From: a virus | IMG/VR virus record: IMGVR_UViG_3300037116_000097 | DNA length: 64,000 nt | Direction: 5' to 3' (one strand) | In this document: positions 8,940 to 17,216 of the stretch, one piece after another | How the letters are laid out: the number at the start of each line of letters is the position of its first letter | How positions within the stretch are numbered: the stretch's first letter is position 1 | Program-made: the position numbers and the translations under genes | Notes under the pieces: model-generated | Seen by the model: only the letters and a program-made list of their open reading frames with translations | The model's database searches: none | Told to the model about the DNA's origin: nothing

Positions 8940-9110
8940 ATGGGGAAGGACTACGGGCTCTGGACGACCACGAGCGCCAGCACCATGACGCTTAATGTCG
9001 CGCCGGCGACCTACGTGGCGTACCAGCCTGCGCCGGCCAGAACGCGCACGCCGTTCGAGTGGCTTGACGCCGAGGTCGAGAGCACCTGCGCACTCGCGCG
9101 GGCTGCCTGA
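8940..9110 (+). CDS. hypothetical small protein (56 aa)
   Basis: ATG 3 nt after upstream stop, followed by strong hairpin; below track cut-off. Confidence 0.35.
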   Translation: MGKDYGLWTTTSASTMTLNVAPATYVAYQPAPARTRTPFEWLDAEVESTCALARAA

Positions 9111-9115
9111 GAGCC

Positions 9116-9159
9116 GCGCGGGCTGGCCGCAGTAACGACTCCCTGCGGCCAGCCCGCGC
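9116..9159 (+). terminator. stem-loop, likely intrinsic terminator/attenuator
   Basis: Perfect 17-bp stem GCGCGGGCTGGCCGCAG / CTGCGGCCAGCCCGCGC, 10-nt loop, then TTATCC. Confidence 0.6.
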
Positions 9160-9185
9160 TTATCCCGAGAGGAAACGCAGGCAAA

Positions 9186-9671
9186 ATGCATGACGCAAAG
9201 AGGATCTACCTAGCTGCCCGCTACAGCCGCAACGCGGAGATGCGCGGCGTGCGGGATGTCCTGCAAGCCCTCGGCTACGAGGTGACCTCCCGCTGGATCG
9301 ACCAGCACGGCGGGAACTTGCTGGAGTCAATCGTGGCCGGCCAGCTCAACGCCGAGCCGGAAGCGTGCTCGCAGTACGCGGACGTTGACGTTGACGACCT
9401 GACGCGCGCCGACACGGTGATCTCGTTCACGTCCGCCGATGGCGGCGGGAAGGGCGGCCGGCATGTTGAGTTCGGGCTAGCGCTCGGGCTGGGCAGGCGG
9501 CTGGTGATCGTCGGCCCCCGCGAAAACGTGTTCCACACCCTGCCCCAGATCGAGTGGTACCCGGACTGGGCGCACCTCGTGATGGCGTGGTCGCGCGCCG
9601 CCGCGTGCGCAAAGGACGACCGGGATGCGGCAGCCGCTGACGAGGCGCTTGACCTGCTGGGGCAGTCATGA
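9186..9671 (+). CDS. nucleoside 2-deoxyribosyltransferase-like protein
   Basis: KRIYLAARYS start, DDLTRADTVISF, GRHVEFGLALGLGRRLVIVGP match the NDT-like fold pattern. Confidence 0.6.
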   Translation: MHDAKRIYLAARYSRNAEMRGVRDVLQALGYEVTSRWIDQHGGNLLESIVAGQLNAEPEACSQYADVDVDDLTRADTVISFTSADGGGKGGRHVEFGLALGLGRRLVIVGPRENVFHTLPQIEWYPDWAHLVMAWSRAAACAKDDRDAAAADEALDLLGQS

Positions 9672-10141
9672 GCGCCGCTCCGGTTCGCTGCCAGCAGCGG
9701 CCCGTGGAAGCCATGCAGTACGACGGGTCCAACTTCGACGCCATCGCCGGATGGGTGCACGGCAAGGGCGGCATGTGCGCCCAGATGCTCGGGCAGCCGC
9801 GGATCAACGTGGGCACCGGGTGGGCTGAGGCGGGCGACTGGATCATCAGCGGACGCTTCGGGTTTACCCACATCACGCATGTGTGCTTCGAGGAGCACTA
9901 CGACGTGCTGGCGCCGGCCCCGGACATGATCACCGTCTGCGACCGCTGCCTGCGCGCCTGCTGCTGGAAGGGCGTTTTCATGTGCGACGACAGCCAGAAC
10001 GCCGGGACGCGGGAACTGTCAGCCGGGACGCTGGCGATCATCGACCGCGAGCACCCGGACTACTGGGACGGGACCTACGAGCGCCAAGTTGAGGCTGCCG
10101 CCGCCAAGGAGCGCGGCGAGGGAGTGACCGTCAATGGCTGA
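9668..10141 (+). CDS. hypothetical protein (157 aa)
   Basis: ATGA overlap; GC3-rich. Confidence 0.55.
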   Translation: MSAAPVRCQQRPVEAMQYDGSNFDAIAGWVHGKGGMCAQMLGQPRINVGTGWAEAGDWIISGRFGFTHITHVCFEEHYDVLAPAPDMITVCDRCLRACCWKGVFMCDDSQNAGTRELSAGTLAIIDREHPDYWDGTYERQVEAAAAKERGEGVTVNG

Positions 10142-10817
10142 CGAGCAAGAGGGCTTCGCACCCGAGTCCGGACCCGAGCTAGAGCTAGGCATCCCGGCAG
10201 CAGAACCGTGCGACGACCTCCCGTGGCCGCCGTGGCTGGAGAACCTGAGCGACCCTGAGCGCGTCCGGGTGATCGTGCGCGCCGTCGCCTGCTGCTATGC
10301 CGCGCACCCTGGACGCGAGGACGGCGAGGACTGCCCGGACCGTGACCAGCACTGCACGGCGACGATGGCGGAGCACTTCCTGCTCAAGCTGATCGCCGGG
10401 GAAGCCGGGCCGGCCTGCGAGCACGACCGCTGCCCCCGGTGCGACTCGCCCGACCCGAAGATGCACCCGGCCATGCAGGCTGATGGCGGAGAGGTCCAGT
10501 TGTGCCCGCATCCCTGGCACTCTCTCGCGCCGCCGCTGCCCGTAGCGGAGCCGCCACGCCCGACGCCAGGGCCGTCCGCTGCGGGGTCTGCGGACGGCAC
10601 TGGAGCAGGTGCGGGCACTGACATGTACCGCTCGGCCTACTTCAGAGTGCAGGAGATCCTTGACGAGGCTCTCGGCACCGAGGACGAGGACGGCGCGGGC
10701 CAGGGCATCGCTGCCGACGTGGCGCTGCTGGCGGCCCGGTGCAAGGCAGCCGAGTCCGAGGTCATGCGCCTCAAGGGCGTCACGGTCCTGCCGGGAATGC
10801 CGGGGGCTGAGCTGTGA
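10134..10817 (+). CDS. hypothetical protein (227 aa)
   Basis: ATGGCTGA 8-nt start-stop overlap module. Confidence 0.55.
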   Translation: MADEQEGFAPESGPELELGIPAAEPCDDLPWPPWLENLSDPERVRVIVRAVACCYAAHPGREDGEDCPDRDQHCTATMAEHFLLKLIAGEAGPACEHDRCPRCDSPDPKMHPAMQADGGEVQLCPHPWHSLAPPLPVAEPPRPTPGPSAAGSADGTGAGAGTDMYRSAYFRVQEILDEALGTEDEDGAGQGIAADVALLAARCKAAESEVMRLKGVTVLPGMPGAEL

Positions 10818-11236
10818 CCGCCGGGCCAGAGGTCCACGTCGACTGGCGGATGACGCCCGCCGAGTGGGACGAGTTGCGGTCGGCGGTCAAGCACAGCGAT
10901 TCGGACTACTGCATGCGGCTGGACGCCGAGGGGAAACTCGCTGCCGGCGCTGCACTGCCGGTCCCGCTTCCCTTCGGCGAGAACCCGCCTGCTCACGACT
11001 GCGGATGCGGGCCGGACGGAGCCTGCGAGACGCACCTGGACCGGAGCGAGCCGGAGCGGCAGATTGCGGCATCCTCGCTCGCGGCCACCATCGCCGGCTG
11101 GCGCGCTGAGGCCGCGGGCTGGCGGACCTACGCCGACAGGTTCATCGCCGACCAGATCCGTTACGCCGGGTTCCTGACCCGCGCCGAGACGTACGACGCC
11201 TGCGCTGATGCGCTTGAGGCTGAGGTGAACCCGTGA
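10814..11236 (+). CDS. hypothetical protein (140 aa)
   Basis: GTGA overlap. Confidence 0.55.
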   Translation: MTAGPEVHVDWRMTPAEWDELRSAVKHSDSDYCMRLDAEGKLAAGAALPVPLPFGENPPAHDCGCGPDGACETHLDRSEPERQIAASSLAATIAGWRAEAAGWRTYADRFIADQIRYAGFLTRAETYDACADALEAEVNP

Positions 11237-11601
11237 CCGCCCGCGAGGATTTCCGCGCAGCAGTCCGCTCTGCTGCCACCTACGCCGCAGATGAGGGAAC
11301 TCAGGGCTGGCTGCTGACGGAAGCCCAGTTCGCGGCGATCGACGCTGCGGGGGACGAGTACCGGGCTGGTGCCCTGCTCTCCCTTGCTGCCGATCTTGAC
11401 CGCAGGGCCAACGTCCCGTCATCACTCAGCCAGCGGGTCCGCGATGCGTTCCGGGCGGCAGCCCTGATGGCCCGTCGCGCTGCGGAGGGCAACCGTACGG
11501 ACGCGGAGAGTGCCGCCCCGGTGTTCCTGGACGCTGCTGGGCTTAAAACGGCTCTCAGCGCTTCGGCCGCGGATGACTGCATGGAAGCGGGCCCGGAATG
11601 A
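11233..11601 (+). CDS. hypothetical protein (122 aa)
   Basis: GTGA overlap. Confidence 0.55.
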   Translation: MTAREDFRAAVRSAATYAADEGTQGWLLTEAQFAAIDAAGDEYRAGALLSLAADLDRRANVPSSLSQRVRDAFRAAALMARRAAEGNRTDAESAAPVFLDAAGLKTALSASAADDCMEAGPE

Positions 11602-12020
11602 CCGCTGACCTCGCCGAGCGCGCCATGGGCCACCTTGCCGAGCGCATGGTGCCCGTCGCCGCGGAACTGGCCTTCGCCGTCCGGGAGCGGGACGTCAACG
11701 GCATAGCGGAGTTCCTGGCCCCGTACGGCCCGCAGGAAATCTACGGGCTGCTGATCGTGACGGCGGCAATGGTGGACATCGACCGGACCACTGATGACCT
11801 GCTGTCGTGGGTCTCGTGGGACGAGCGCTTCGAGCCGCCGTGCCGTGATGCCGCGCCGAAGCGGGCGCGCAACGACGGCCGGGTGCCTGCGGAGTGCGGC
11901 ACCTATGCGGCGGCGAGACGTCACCAGCAGCGGGGGGAAGCGCTGGACCAGCCGTGCAAGGACGCGGCTAACGAGTACATGCGGGACTGGCGGGCTGGCA
12001 AGAGGGGGAATGCGGCATGA
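11598..12020 (+). CDS. hypothetical protein (140 aa)
   Basis: ATGA overlap. Confidence 0.55.
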   Translation: MTADLAERAMGHLAERMVPVAAELAFAVRERDVNGIAEFLAPYGPQEIYGLLIVTAAMVDIDRTTDDLLSWVSWDERFEPPCRDAAPKRARNDGRVPAECGTYAAARRHQQRGEALDQPCKDAANEYMRDWRAGKRGNAA

Positions 12021-12682
12021 GGCCGCGATTGCTTGACCTGTTCTGCGGAGCTGGCGGCGCGACCGCGGGCTACTACCGGGCAGGCTTCGACGTGACCGGG
12101 GTTGATCTTGCGCCCCAGCCGAACTACCCGTTCCGGTTTATCCGCGCCGACGCGATGACGTTCCCTCTCGGCGGCTTTGATGCCATCCACGCAAGCCCGC
12201 CGTGCCAGCGCAAGTCCCGCATGACGAACTGCCGCCCTGGCGTTGCCGCTACCTACCCGGACCTGATCGGCCCGGTCCGCGACCGGCTGCGCGCATGGGG
12301 CGGCCTGTACGTGATCGAGAATGTGGAAGGCTCCGGGCTGCCTGGCCAGGATGATCTGCTCGGTGCCCACGGCCTGATGCTCTGCGGCCTCATGTTCGGC
12401 CTTGAGCTCTACCGGCACCGCTGGTTCGAGACGAGCTCGCCGGTCCCGGTCCCCGGTCACCCGCGGCACCTGATCCCGGCGTCACGGGCAGGCCACTGGA
12501 AGCCCGGCACGATCATGTCCGTGGAGGGCCATTGCGCCCCGATCGCCGTTGCAAGGGCCGCAATGGGCGGCGTGGACTGGATGACCCGCGACGAGCTCGC
12601 GGAGTCGATTCCGCCTGCCTATACCGAGCACCTTGGCCGGCAGATGCTCGCGGCCATCACGAGAGCAAGGGAAGTCGCATGA
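12017..12682 (+). CDS. DNA (cytosine-5) methyltransferase, unusually short (221 aa)
   Basis: Motif I DLFCGAGG, motif IV SPPCQ, motif VI VIENVEG. Confidence 0.8.
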   Translation: MRPRLLDLFCGAGGATAGYYRAGFDVTGVDLAPQPNYPFRFIRADAMTFPLGGFDAIHASPPCQRKSRMTNCRPGVAATYPDLIGPVRDRLRAWGGLYVIENVEGSGLPGQDDLLGAHGLMLCGLMFGLELYRHRWFETSSPVPVPGHPRHLIPASRAGHWKPGTIMSVEGHCAPIAVARAAMGGVDWMTRDELAESIPPAYTEHLGRQMLAAITRAREVA

Positions 12683-12930
12683 CCGCGCTTGCACCCGTCC
12701 CGGTAACCCCGGCGAAAGTTAGCGTCAGCGAGACCCACTGGGGCGTGCGGTTCCAGAGCCCCTACGGATTCAACATTGACGATCACGGCACTGACGAGGA
12801 AGCGGCGCGCAGGGGTGCTCTCGCGAAGCCGCAGCCACGCTGCACGGTCACGCTGGTCAGGCACCGCGTGGATCATGCCGAGTGGCCGTGGGAGCCTGCG
12901 AGCGGTGCCGGGCTGGACGGTGCAGCATGA
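12679..12930 (+). CDS. hypothetical protein (83 aa)
   Basis: ATGA overlap; in frame with track ORF 12532-12930. Confidence 0.5.
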   Translation: MTALAPVPVTPAKVSVSETHWGVRFQSPYGFNIDDHGTDEEAARRGALAKPQPRCTVTLVRHRVDHAEWPWEPASGAGLDGAA

Positions 12931-13175
12931 CCGCACCGCATCCCGTCGCCGACGCCCTGACGCCCGCTGAGCGGTTCGAGGCTGCCGTCCGCGATGCAGT
13001 GCTTCCCAGGCTGCTGGCCCCGGGTGAGGACACCGGCCCGTACCTGCTGTGCGAGAGCCAGCTAGCTGACATCGGCGCCGCAGCTGACGAGTACGCGGCG
13101 GCGCTTGTGGAGCGGTGCGCGCGTACCCCCCGGAGCCAGGAAGACCCGCTCCAGCCAAGGGGAGCCGCCTCGTGA
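12927..13175 (+). CDS. hypothetical protein (82 aa)
   Basis: ATGA overlap. Confidence 0.5.
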   Translation: MTAPHPVADALTPAERFEAAVRDAVLPRLLAPGEDTGPYLLCESQLADIGAAADEYAAALVERCARTPRSQEDPLQPRGAAS

Positions 13176-13387
13176 GCGCCCTGGACCCGGCGGACGGCAT
13201 TGAGTGCATCTATCACGAGCGGGACAGGCGCTGCCATGAACCTGCGGTCTGGGTGATCCCGGCCACCTGGGCGCACCCCGCGTGGCCGTTCTGCGAGCGG
13301 CACGCCAAGCCCGGGTTCCACCCGCCGGACATGCACAAGCTGCTGCCCGGACGGATCACGCGCGCCATCAGGAGGCACCGGCAATGA
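13172..13387 (+). CDS. hypothetical protein (71 aa), Cys/His-containing
   Basis: GTGA overlap. Confidence 0.5.
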   Translation: MSALDPADGIECIYHERDRRCHEPAVWVIPATWAHPAWPFCERHAKPGFHPPDMHKLLPGRITRAIRRHRQ

Positions 13388-13746
13388 CCGCCCGCGCCAT
13401 GTACCGCGGCTACCACTCCGGCAGCGGCAAGCGAGCCGGCCAGGTCCGCCGCCTCCACGTCATCCGCGAGCACGGCCCGGCCGGCTGGGAACCCGGGAAG
13501 CAAACCCTCTGCGGCCAGCACGCCTGGGCATGCCGCCACTCGGATCCGGTGATCATCTCCCCGCTGCCCGACCGCGCCCCGGACGGCCTGGCCTGGTGCC
13601 CGAAGTGCATCGGGCTTCTCGCCGAGCTGCTCGGGCTGCTCGGCGAGATCGCCGCCAGCCTCGCCGCCTGCGGCTCCTTCCTCGACGTCGCGATCGAGGC
13701 CCGGCACGACCTGCAGCGCGCAGTCCGCGCCGGGGCGGGCGACTGA
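13384..13746 (+). CDS. hypothetical protein (120 aa)
   Basis: ATGA overlap. Confidence 0.5.
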   Translation: MTARAMYRGYHSGSGKRAGQVRRLHVIREHGPAGWEPGKQTLCGQHAWACRHSDPVIISPLPDRAPDGLAWCPKCIGLLAELLGLLGEIAASLAACGSFLDVAIEARHDLQRAVRAGAGD

Positions 13747-13943
13747 TGGCCGTCGCTACTCCCTGCCAGACAAATGGGGCACAGTTCCACGTCAGCATCA
13801 CGGAGACGGGCATCACGGCCACGGTTGACTTCAGCCGCGTGATCCCCTTGACCGAGGACGAGGCAGAAGCGCTGGACGGCACCCTGCACAACGTGCTTGA
13901 GCTTGCGCTGGCGCCGCTGTTCGCGCGGGGTGAGCCAGCGTGA
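13746..13943 (+). CDS. hypothetical protein (65 aa)
   Basis: TGATG 1-nt overlap. Confidence 0.45.
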   Translation: MAVATPCQTNGAQFHVSITETGITATVDFSRVIPLTEDEAEALDGTLHNVLELALAPLFARGEPA

Positions 13944-14056
13944 AGCTCGCCGTCGCCTCCCTCCTCGCTGCTGCCCTTTACCTGGCTGTACGTATCTCCC
14001 GTCATCCCCGGGACCAGCCGTGCCCGGTGTGTGACAGGCCGGGGAGGTACCATTGA
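13940..14056 (+). CDS. small membrane protein (38 aa), speculative
   Basis: GTGA overlap; VKLAVASLLAAALYLAV hydrophobic start then CPVC. Confidence 0.3.
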   Translation: MKLAVASLLAAALYLAVRISRHPRDQPCPVCDRPGRYH

Positions 14057-14232
14057 TGCCCCCGTATCCCTTTCTCGTGGTGAGAAACTGGCGCCTGACC
14101 TGCACCAACATGTCCGGCCTGCGGCTTTCTCAGGGTGAGAGGATTTCTCAGGGCGAGAAGGCCAGCGATACGCCGCCAGCGCGCCTGCCTGCACGACTTG
14201 ACAAGCCTCACGATCAGGGTCTAGGTACTGGG

Positions 14233-14709
14233 TCATCGGTTCTTGCCCCGCGCTCTGTACGCCTCGGCCAGACTCACGCCGCAGTCCTCCGCGAGACTCC
14301 GCAACTCCTCGCCGCCGGGCAGGTCGTAGCCGTAGCCGCGCAGGTAGGCAGCGAGCCGGAGCACCTTGTGAGGGCTGGAGTCCTTGCCGAACGTGAGCCA
14401 GTTCATGACTTCCTCGAACCGCGCCGCGTCATCGGCCGGCCTGCGCAGGCAGCCAGCGGGAACGCCCGACCGGATGAGCGCGTTCCGCGTCTCCGCCTGC
14501 GCGGCTTCCTTGCCGAGTCGTTTCTGGCAGGCGTGGCAGCACCAGACGGCGCGGCCAGTGGCGCCGATGCTCACGGACAGGCTGTGCGTCCGGTCGGCAT
14601 GGCAGGGTGCCAGTGCCCGGTAGCTGTCGCCAGCGTCGCTGATCTTGGGCGCATTGAGCCACGGGCGGACGTGATCGTGGATGCAGGCCCGGCCCGCATC
14701 GCATCCCAT
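14233..14709 (-). CDS. CHC2 (primase-type) zinc-finger protein without catalytic domain
   Basis: APCHADRTHSLSVSIGATGRAVWCCHAC resembles the DnaG CPFH..S..V....CFGC finger; reverse orientation inside early region. Confidence 0.55.
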   Translation of the reverse strand: MGCDAGRACIHDHVRPWLNAPKISDAGDSYRALAPCHADRTHSLSVSIGATGRAVWCCHACQKRLGKEAAQAETRNALIRSGVPAGCLRRPADDAARFEEVMNWLTFGKDSSPHKVLRLAAYLRGYGYDLPGGEELRSLAEDCGVSLAEAYRARGKNR

Positions 14710-14807
14710 CGGCAGTTCAGGCAGTCGCCGGGGATGGCTGAGACCGCGCGGGCTCGAAAGATACCCTCATGCTTGCTGCACCGTTCCCTAGATGTTCGGT
14801 GTGGTAA

Positions 14808-14843
14808 GTCCCCCGCCGGCGGGCTCAATCGCCGGCGGGGGAC
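14808..14843. terminator. strong symmetric hairpin, probable bidirectional terminator
   Basis: Perfect 14-bp stem GTCCCCCGCCGGCG / CGCCGGCGGGGGAC, 8-nt loop, 11 nt downstream of the RHH gene stop. Confidence 0.65.
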
Positions 14844-14853
14844 GCTTCCTTGC

Positions 14854-15087
14854 TTAGTCGGTCTTGCGCGACCTCGACCGCCGCGCCTTGAGTTGCCTGT
14901 CGGCCTCCCAGAACACCGCCTTCTCCTCATCGGTGCCATGCCGGCGCGCGTCATTCCACATCAGGTCGAACAGCCTCCGGGCGCGCAGCACGCCACGCCG
15001 GCGGCAGATGCTGCCGAACGCTGCCCATGCCTCAAGCGGCACGCGGAAGCGCTGGATGGGGGTCTCCTGCGGATCTGGCGTAGTCAC
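14854..15087 (-). CDS. ribbon-helix-helix-like small regulator (77 aa from GTG 15087)
   Basis: IQRFRVPLEAWAAFGSICRRRG..RLFDLMW fits beta-strand/helix/helix. Start placed at GTG 15087, 7 nt after a TAAGAT -10 (leaderless); track ORF extends to 15234. Confidence 0.5.
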   Translation of the reverse strand: MTTPDPQETPIQRFRVPLEAWAAFGSICRRRGVLRARRLFDLMWNDARRHGTDEEKAVFWEADRQLKARRSRSRKTD

Positions 15088-15147
15088 ATCAGCGATCTTA
15101 CCGGAATGCACTTGTGTTGTCACGTGAGCATGCGCTACTGTTGTCAC
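15081..15147. promoter_or_regulatory. compact divergent promoter pair with repeated GTGAC(A/T)AC motifs
   Basis: Minus: GTGACA(15123-15118)-17 nt-TAAGAT(15100-15095)-7 nt-GTG. Plus: TTGTGT(15112-15117)-18 nt-TACTGT(15136-15141)-6 nt-ATG 15148. TGTTGTCAC repeated at 15115-15123 and 15139-15147. Confidence 0.5.
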
Positions 15148-15381
15148 ATGACCACTGCCGCCGCAGCCCTTCACGCACCCACTTGCATCCCGGCCCCGTT
15201 CCGCCCGGCGACAGCGGAGGAGGTCTACTACCACGCGATCGACACGGCATCAGCTAGCTACCAGGCCGACGTTGCCCTGCTGCTCGCACTGGCGGGGCGG
15301 AGATGGGACCGCGCGATGCACGCTGCAGCACAGAGGTACAGGACAGAGACCGCACCAGCCGAGATGGAGGCAGCGCGATGA
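15148..15381 (+). CDS. hypothetical protein (77 aa)
   Basis: ATG 15148, C-terminal part of the 442-aa track ORF 14053-15381 whose upstream part is antisense to better genes; candidate leaderless start. Confidence 0.45.
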   Translation: MTTAAAALHAPTCIPAPFRPATAEEVYYHAIDTASASYQADVALLLALAGRRWDRAMHAAAQRYRTETAPAEMEAAR

Positions 15382-15758
15382 ACCGCAAGCAGATCGGCAC
15401 CGTGGAAATAACCCGCGTGCGCATTTACCGGCTCGACCCGGCCGCGCGCGACGATGACCCGCTGGCGACCACGGTAGTCGTCCAGCCCGGCACCTACCCG
15501 GTGTACCTGGACGGCCTCAGCCGCTACTGGCGCATGACGGGAACCGTCAACCACCGGGCCTACCGCATGGGCGACGGCATGTTCGCGATGAACGAAGGCG
15601 ACGTGCCGAGCGAGGATGAGGTCACGTTCTACTCGCGGCGGCTAGGCCCCGACGAATGGGCGGAGATGCTGGCCGGCTTCGGGCCGGACACCTCGCCCGC
15701 GCTGGTGTTCTCGCTCACGGATGCCGACGACGACGTGCCCGCAAAGACAGACCGCTAG
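15378..15758 (+). CDS. hypothetical protein (126 aa)
   Basis: ATGA overlap. Confidence 0.55.
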   Translation: MNRKQIGTVEITRVRIYRLDPAARDDDPLATTVVVQPGTYPVYLDGLSRYWRMTGTVNHRAYRMGDGMFAMNEGDVPSEDEVTFYSRRLGPDEWAEMLAGFGPDTSPALVFSLTDADDDVPAKTDR

Positions 15759-15799
15759 AACCGGCCACCACCAACCACATTCCGGGGGGAACCACCACC

Positions 15800-16333
15800 A
15801 TGAAGCTCACCGCGCGAACCGCCCGCAGCGCGGCTGTCGGGCTAGGCAGCGCAGCCGCCTTCCTTGCTGCCATTACCTCAGCCGCCATCCCGGCGGATGC
15901 TTCCGCCAACGCTGCCCGCTGCAGGACCGGCCAGCTCGCCATCGTGCTGGAGCACCCTGTAGCGCAGGGCGGTAACCAGGGCTGGACGATCGTGGCGCAG
16001 GACAAGGGCAACACTGCCTGCACGGTCAGCGGCTACCCCAAGCTTGGCTTGCGGGACAGCCGCGGCAACCTCGTGCGCAGCGTCACCAGCGACGGGCGAA
16101 CGTTCTTCCACGGCGACCCCGGCGCGTCGACCGTCACCCTGCTGCCGGGCGGATTCGCGCGGGCATTCCTGTCCTACGGCACGGTGAGCGGGAGCGGGAA
16201 CGTCCGGGCACACGAGCTGACGGTCAGGGTTAAGGGAGCGGCACGGCACAAGACCGGCGTCCTTGCTGCCGGTTCTGTCACCGTGACGCGAGGAGTGCTG
16301 GAAGTTACCGCATGGCAAGCGAGGAAGGGCTAG
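15800..16333 (+). CDS. secreted DUF4232-like protein
   Basis: Signal peptide MKLTARTARSAAVGLGSAAAFLAAITSAAIPADASA; C..GQL...GGNQGW.I.....G..ACTVSGYPKLGLRD pattern. Confidence 0.65.
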   Translation: MKLTARTARSAAVGLGSAAAFLAAITSAAIPADASANAARCRTGQLAIVLEHPVAQGGNQGWTIVAQDKGNTACTVSGYPKLGLRDSRGNLVRSVTSDGRTFFHGDPGASTVTLLPGGFARAFLSYGTVSGSGNVRAHELTVRVKGAARHKTGVLAAGSVTVTRGVLEVTAWQARKG

Positions 16334-16337
16334 GCGC

Positions 16338-17216
16338 ATGAGCAGGGTCTACTTCCACAGCCCGTCGGGCACGGCTGAGCTTTGGGGCGGCGAGCGCGCA
16401 TGGCTCGGCTCGCTGGTGAGCGACCTGACGGCAGGCGTCATGAAGCTGGATTACCAGGGCGAGCGGATCCGCGAGCTGATCCAGCCGGGCCACTACCTGC
16501 ACGGCGAGCACTACCAGGGCCACGACAGGTACCTCGCGTGGCACAACAGCGTGGAGCTGAACCTGTCCACCGCGATAGGCGACTTTCTCGCGTGGAACGG
16601 CCGGGATATCGGCACCTTCTCGCTGGTGCTCAACACGGCCTGCGCGGTTGGCGGTGACGCCGTGAAGCTCGCGGCGCGCATCCACGGGCAGTGCGAGATC
16701 CACTGCTACGTGGAAGGTGTCGACCGCATGTGGCTCGCCGCCATCATTGGTCAGGGCCTGGCTGCGGGAGTGTTCCGCCGCAATACCGGCTACCCGCACC
16801 GCACCGAATCGTGGGAGCACGTGCAGAAGTTCCTGCGCGACCGCGACGATGAGCCGGTGGTCATGTCCTACTCAGTGACCGATAGCTTCCCCGGCCCGTA
16901 CGTGGCTGGCTGGCTGCCGCCAGTGGACTGGCGCCCGGAAGACGTGAGCGCGGCCGAGTGGGAAGCACTGGACGGTGATGAGCGCGCCGGGCGCCGCAGC
17001 GAGGGCACCTACGAGGCGTGGTCCGAGCTGACGGACGCCGAGCACTGGCAGATCGGCATGGACGCGCTCCGGGCCGCGTCGGGTGGCCTGCGCATTGACC
17101 CCGCCGAATGGACCGCGTTCCGGTTCGGTCACGAGCTGACCATGTTCGACCTGCTAGCGGAGGACTACCGCGACCGGCTGGACAAGGCGTTTCCCGTATT
17201 GGCGGTGACCTCGTGA
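16338..17216 (+). CDS. hypothetical protein (292 aa)
   Basis: Long GC3-rich ORF; no family recognised. Confidence 0.6.
   Translation: MSRVYFHSPSGTAELWGGERAWLGSLVSDLTAGVMKLDYQGERIRELIQPGHYLHGEHYQGHDRYLAWHNSVELNLSTAIGDFLAWNGRDIGTFSLVLNTACAVGGDAVKLAARIHGQCEIHCYVEGVDRMWLAAIIGQGLAAGVFRRNTGYPHRTESWEHVQKFLRDRDDEPVVMSYSVTDSFPGPYVAGWLPPVDWRPEDVSAAEWEALDGDERAGRRSEGTYEAWSELTDAEHWQIGMDALRAASGGLRIDPAEWTAFRFGHELTMFDLLAEDYRDRLDKAFPVLAVTS

Noticed and set aside
14053-15381. 442-aa plus-strand ORF spanning the reverse-oriented island
   Set aside because: Most of it is antisense to two better-supported minus-strand genes (CHC2 finger protein and RHH) and crosses a strong hairpin. It is Arg/Ala/Pro-rich, typical of out-of-frame GC-rich DNA. 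Only its last 77 codons (15148-15381) were kept.
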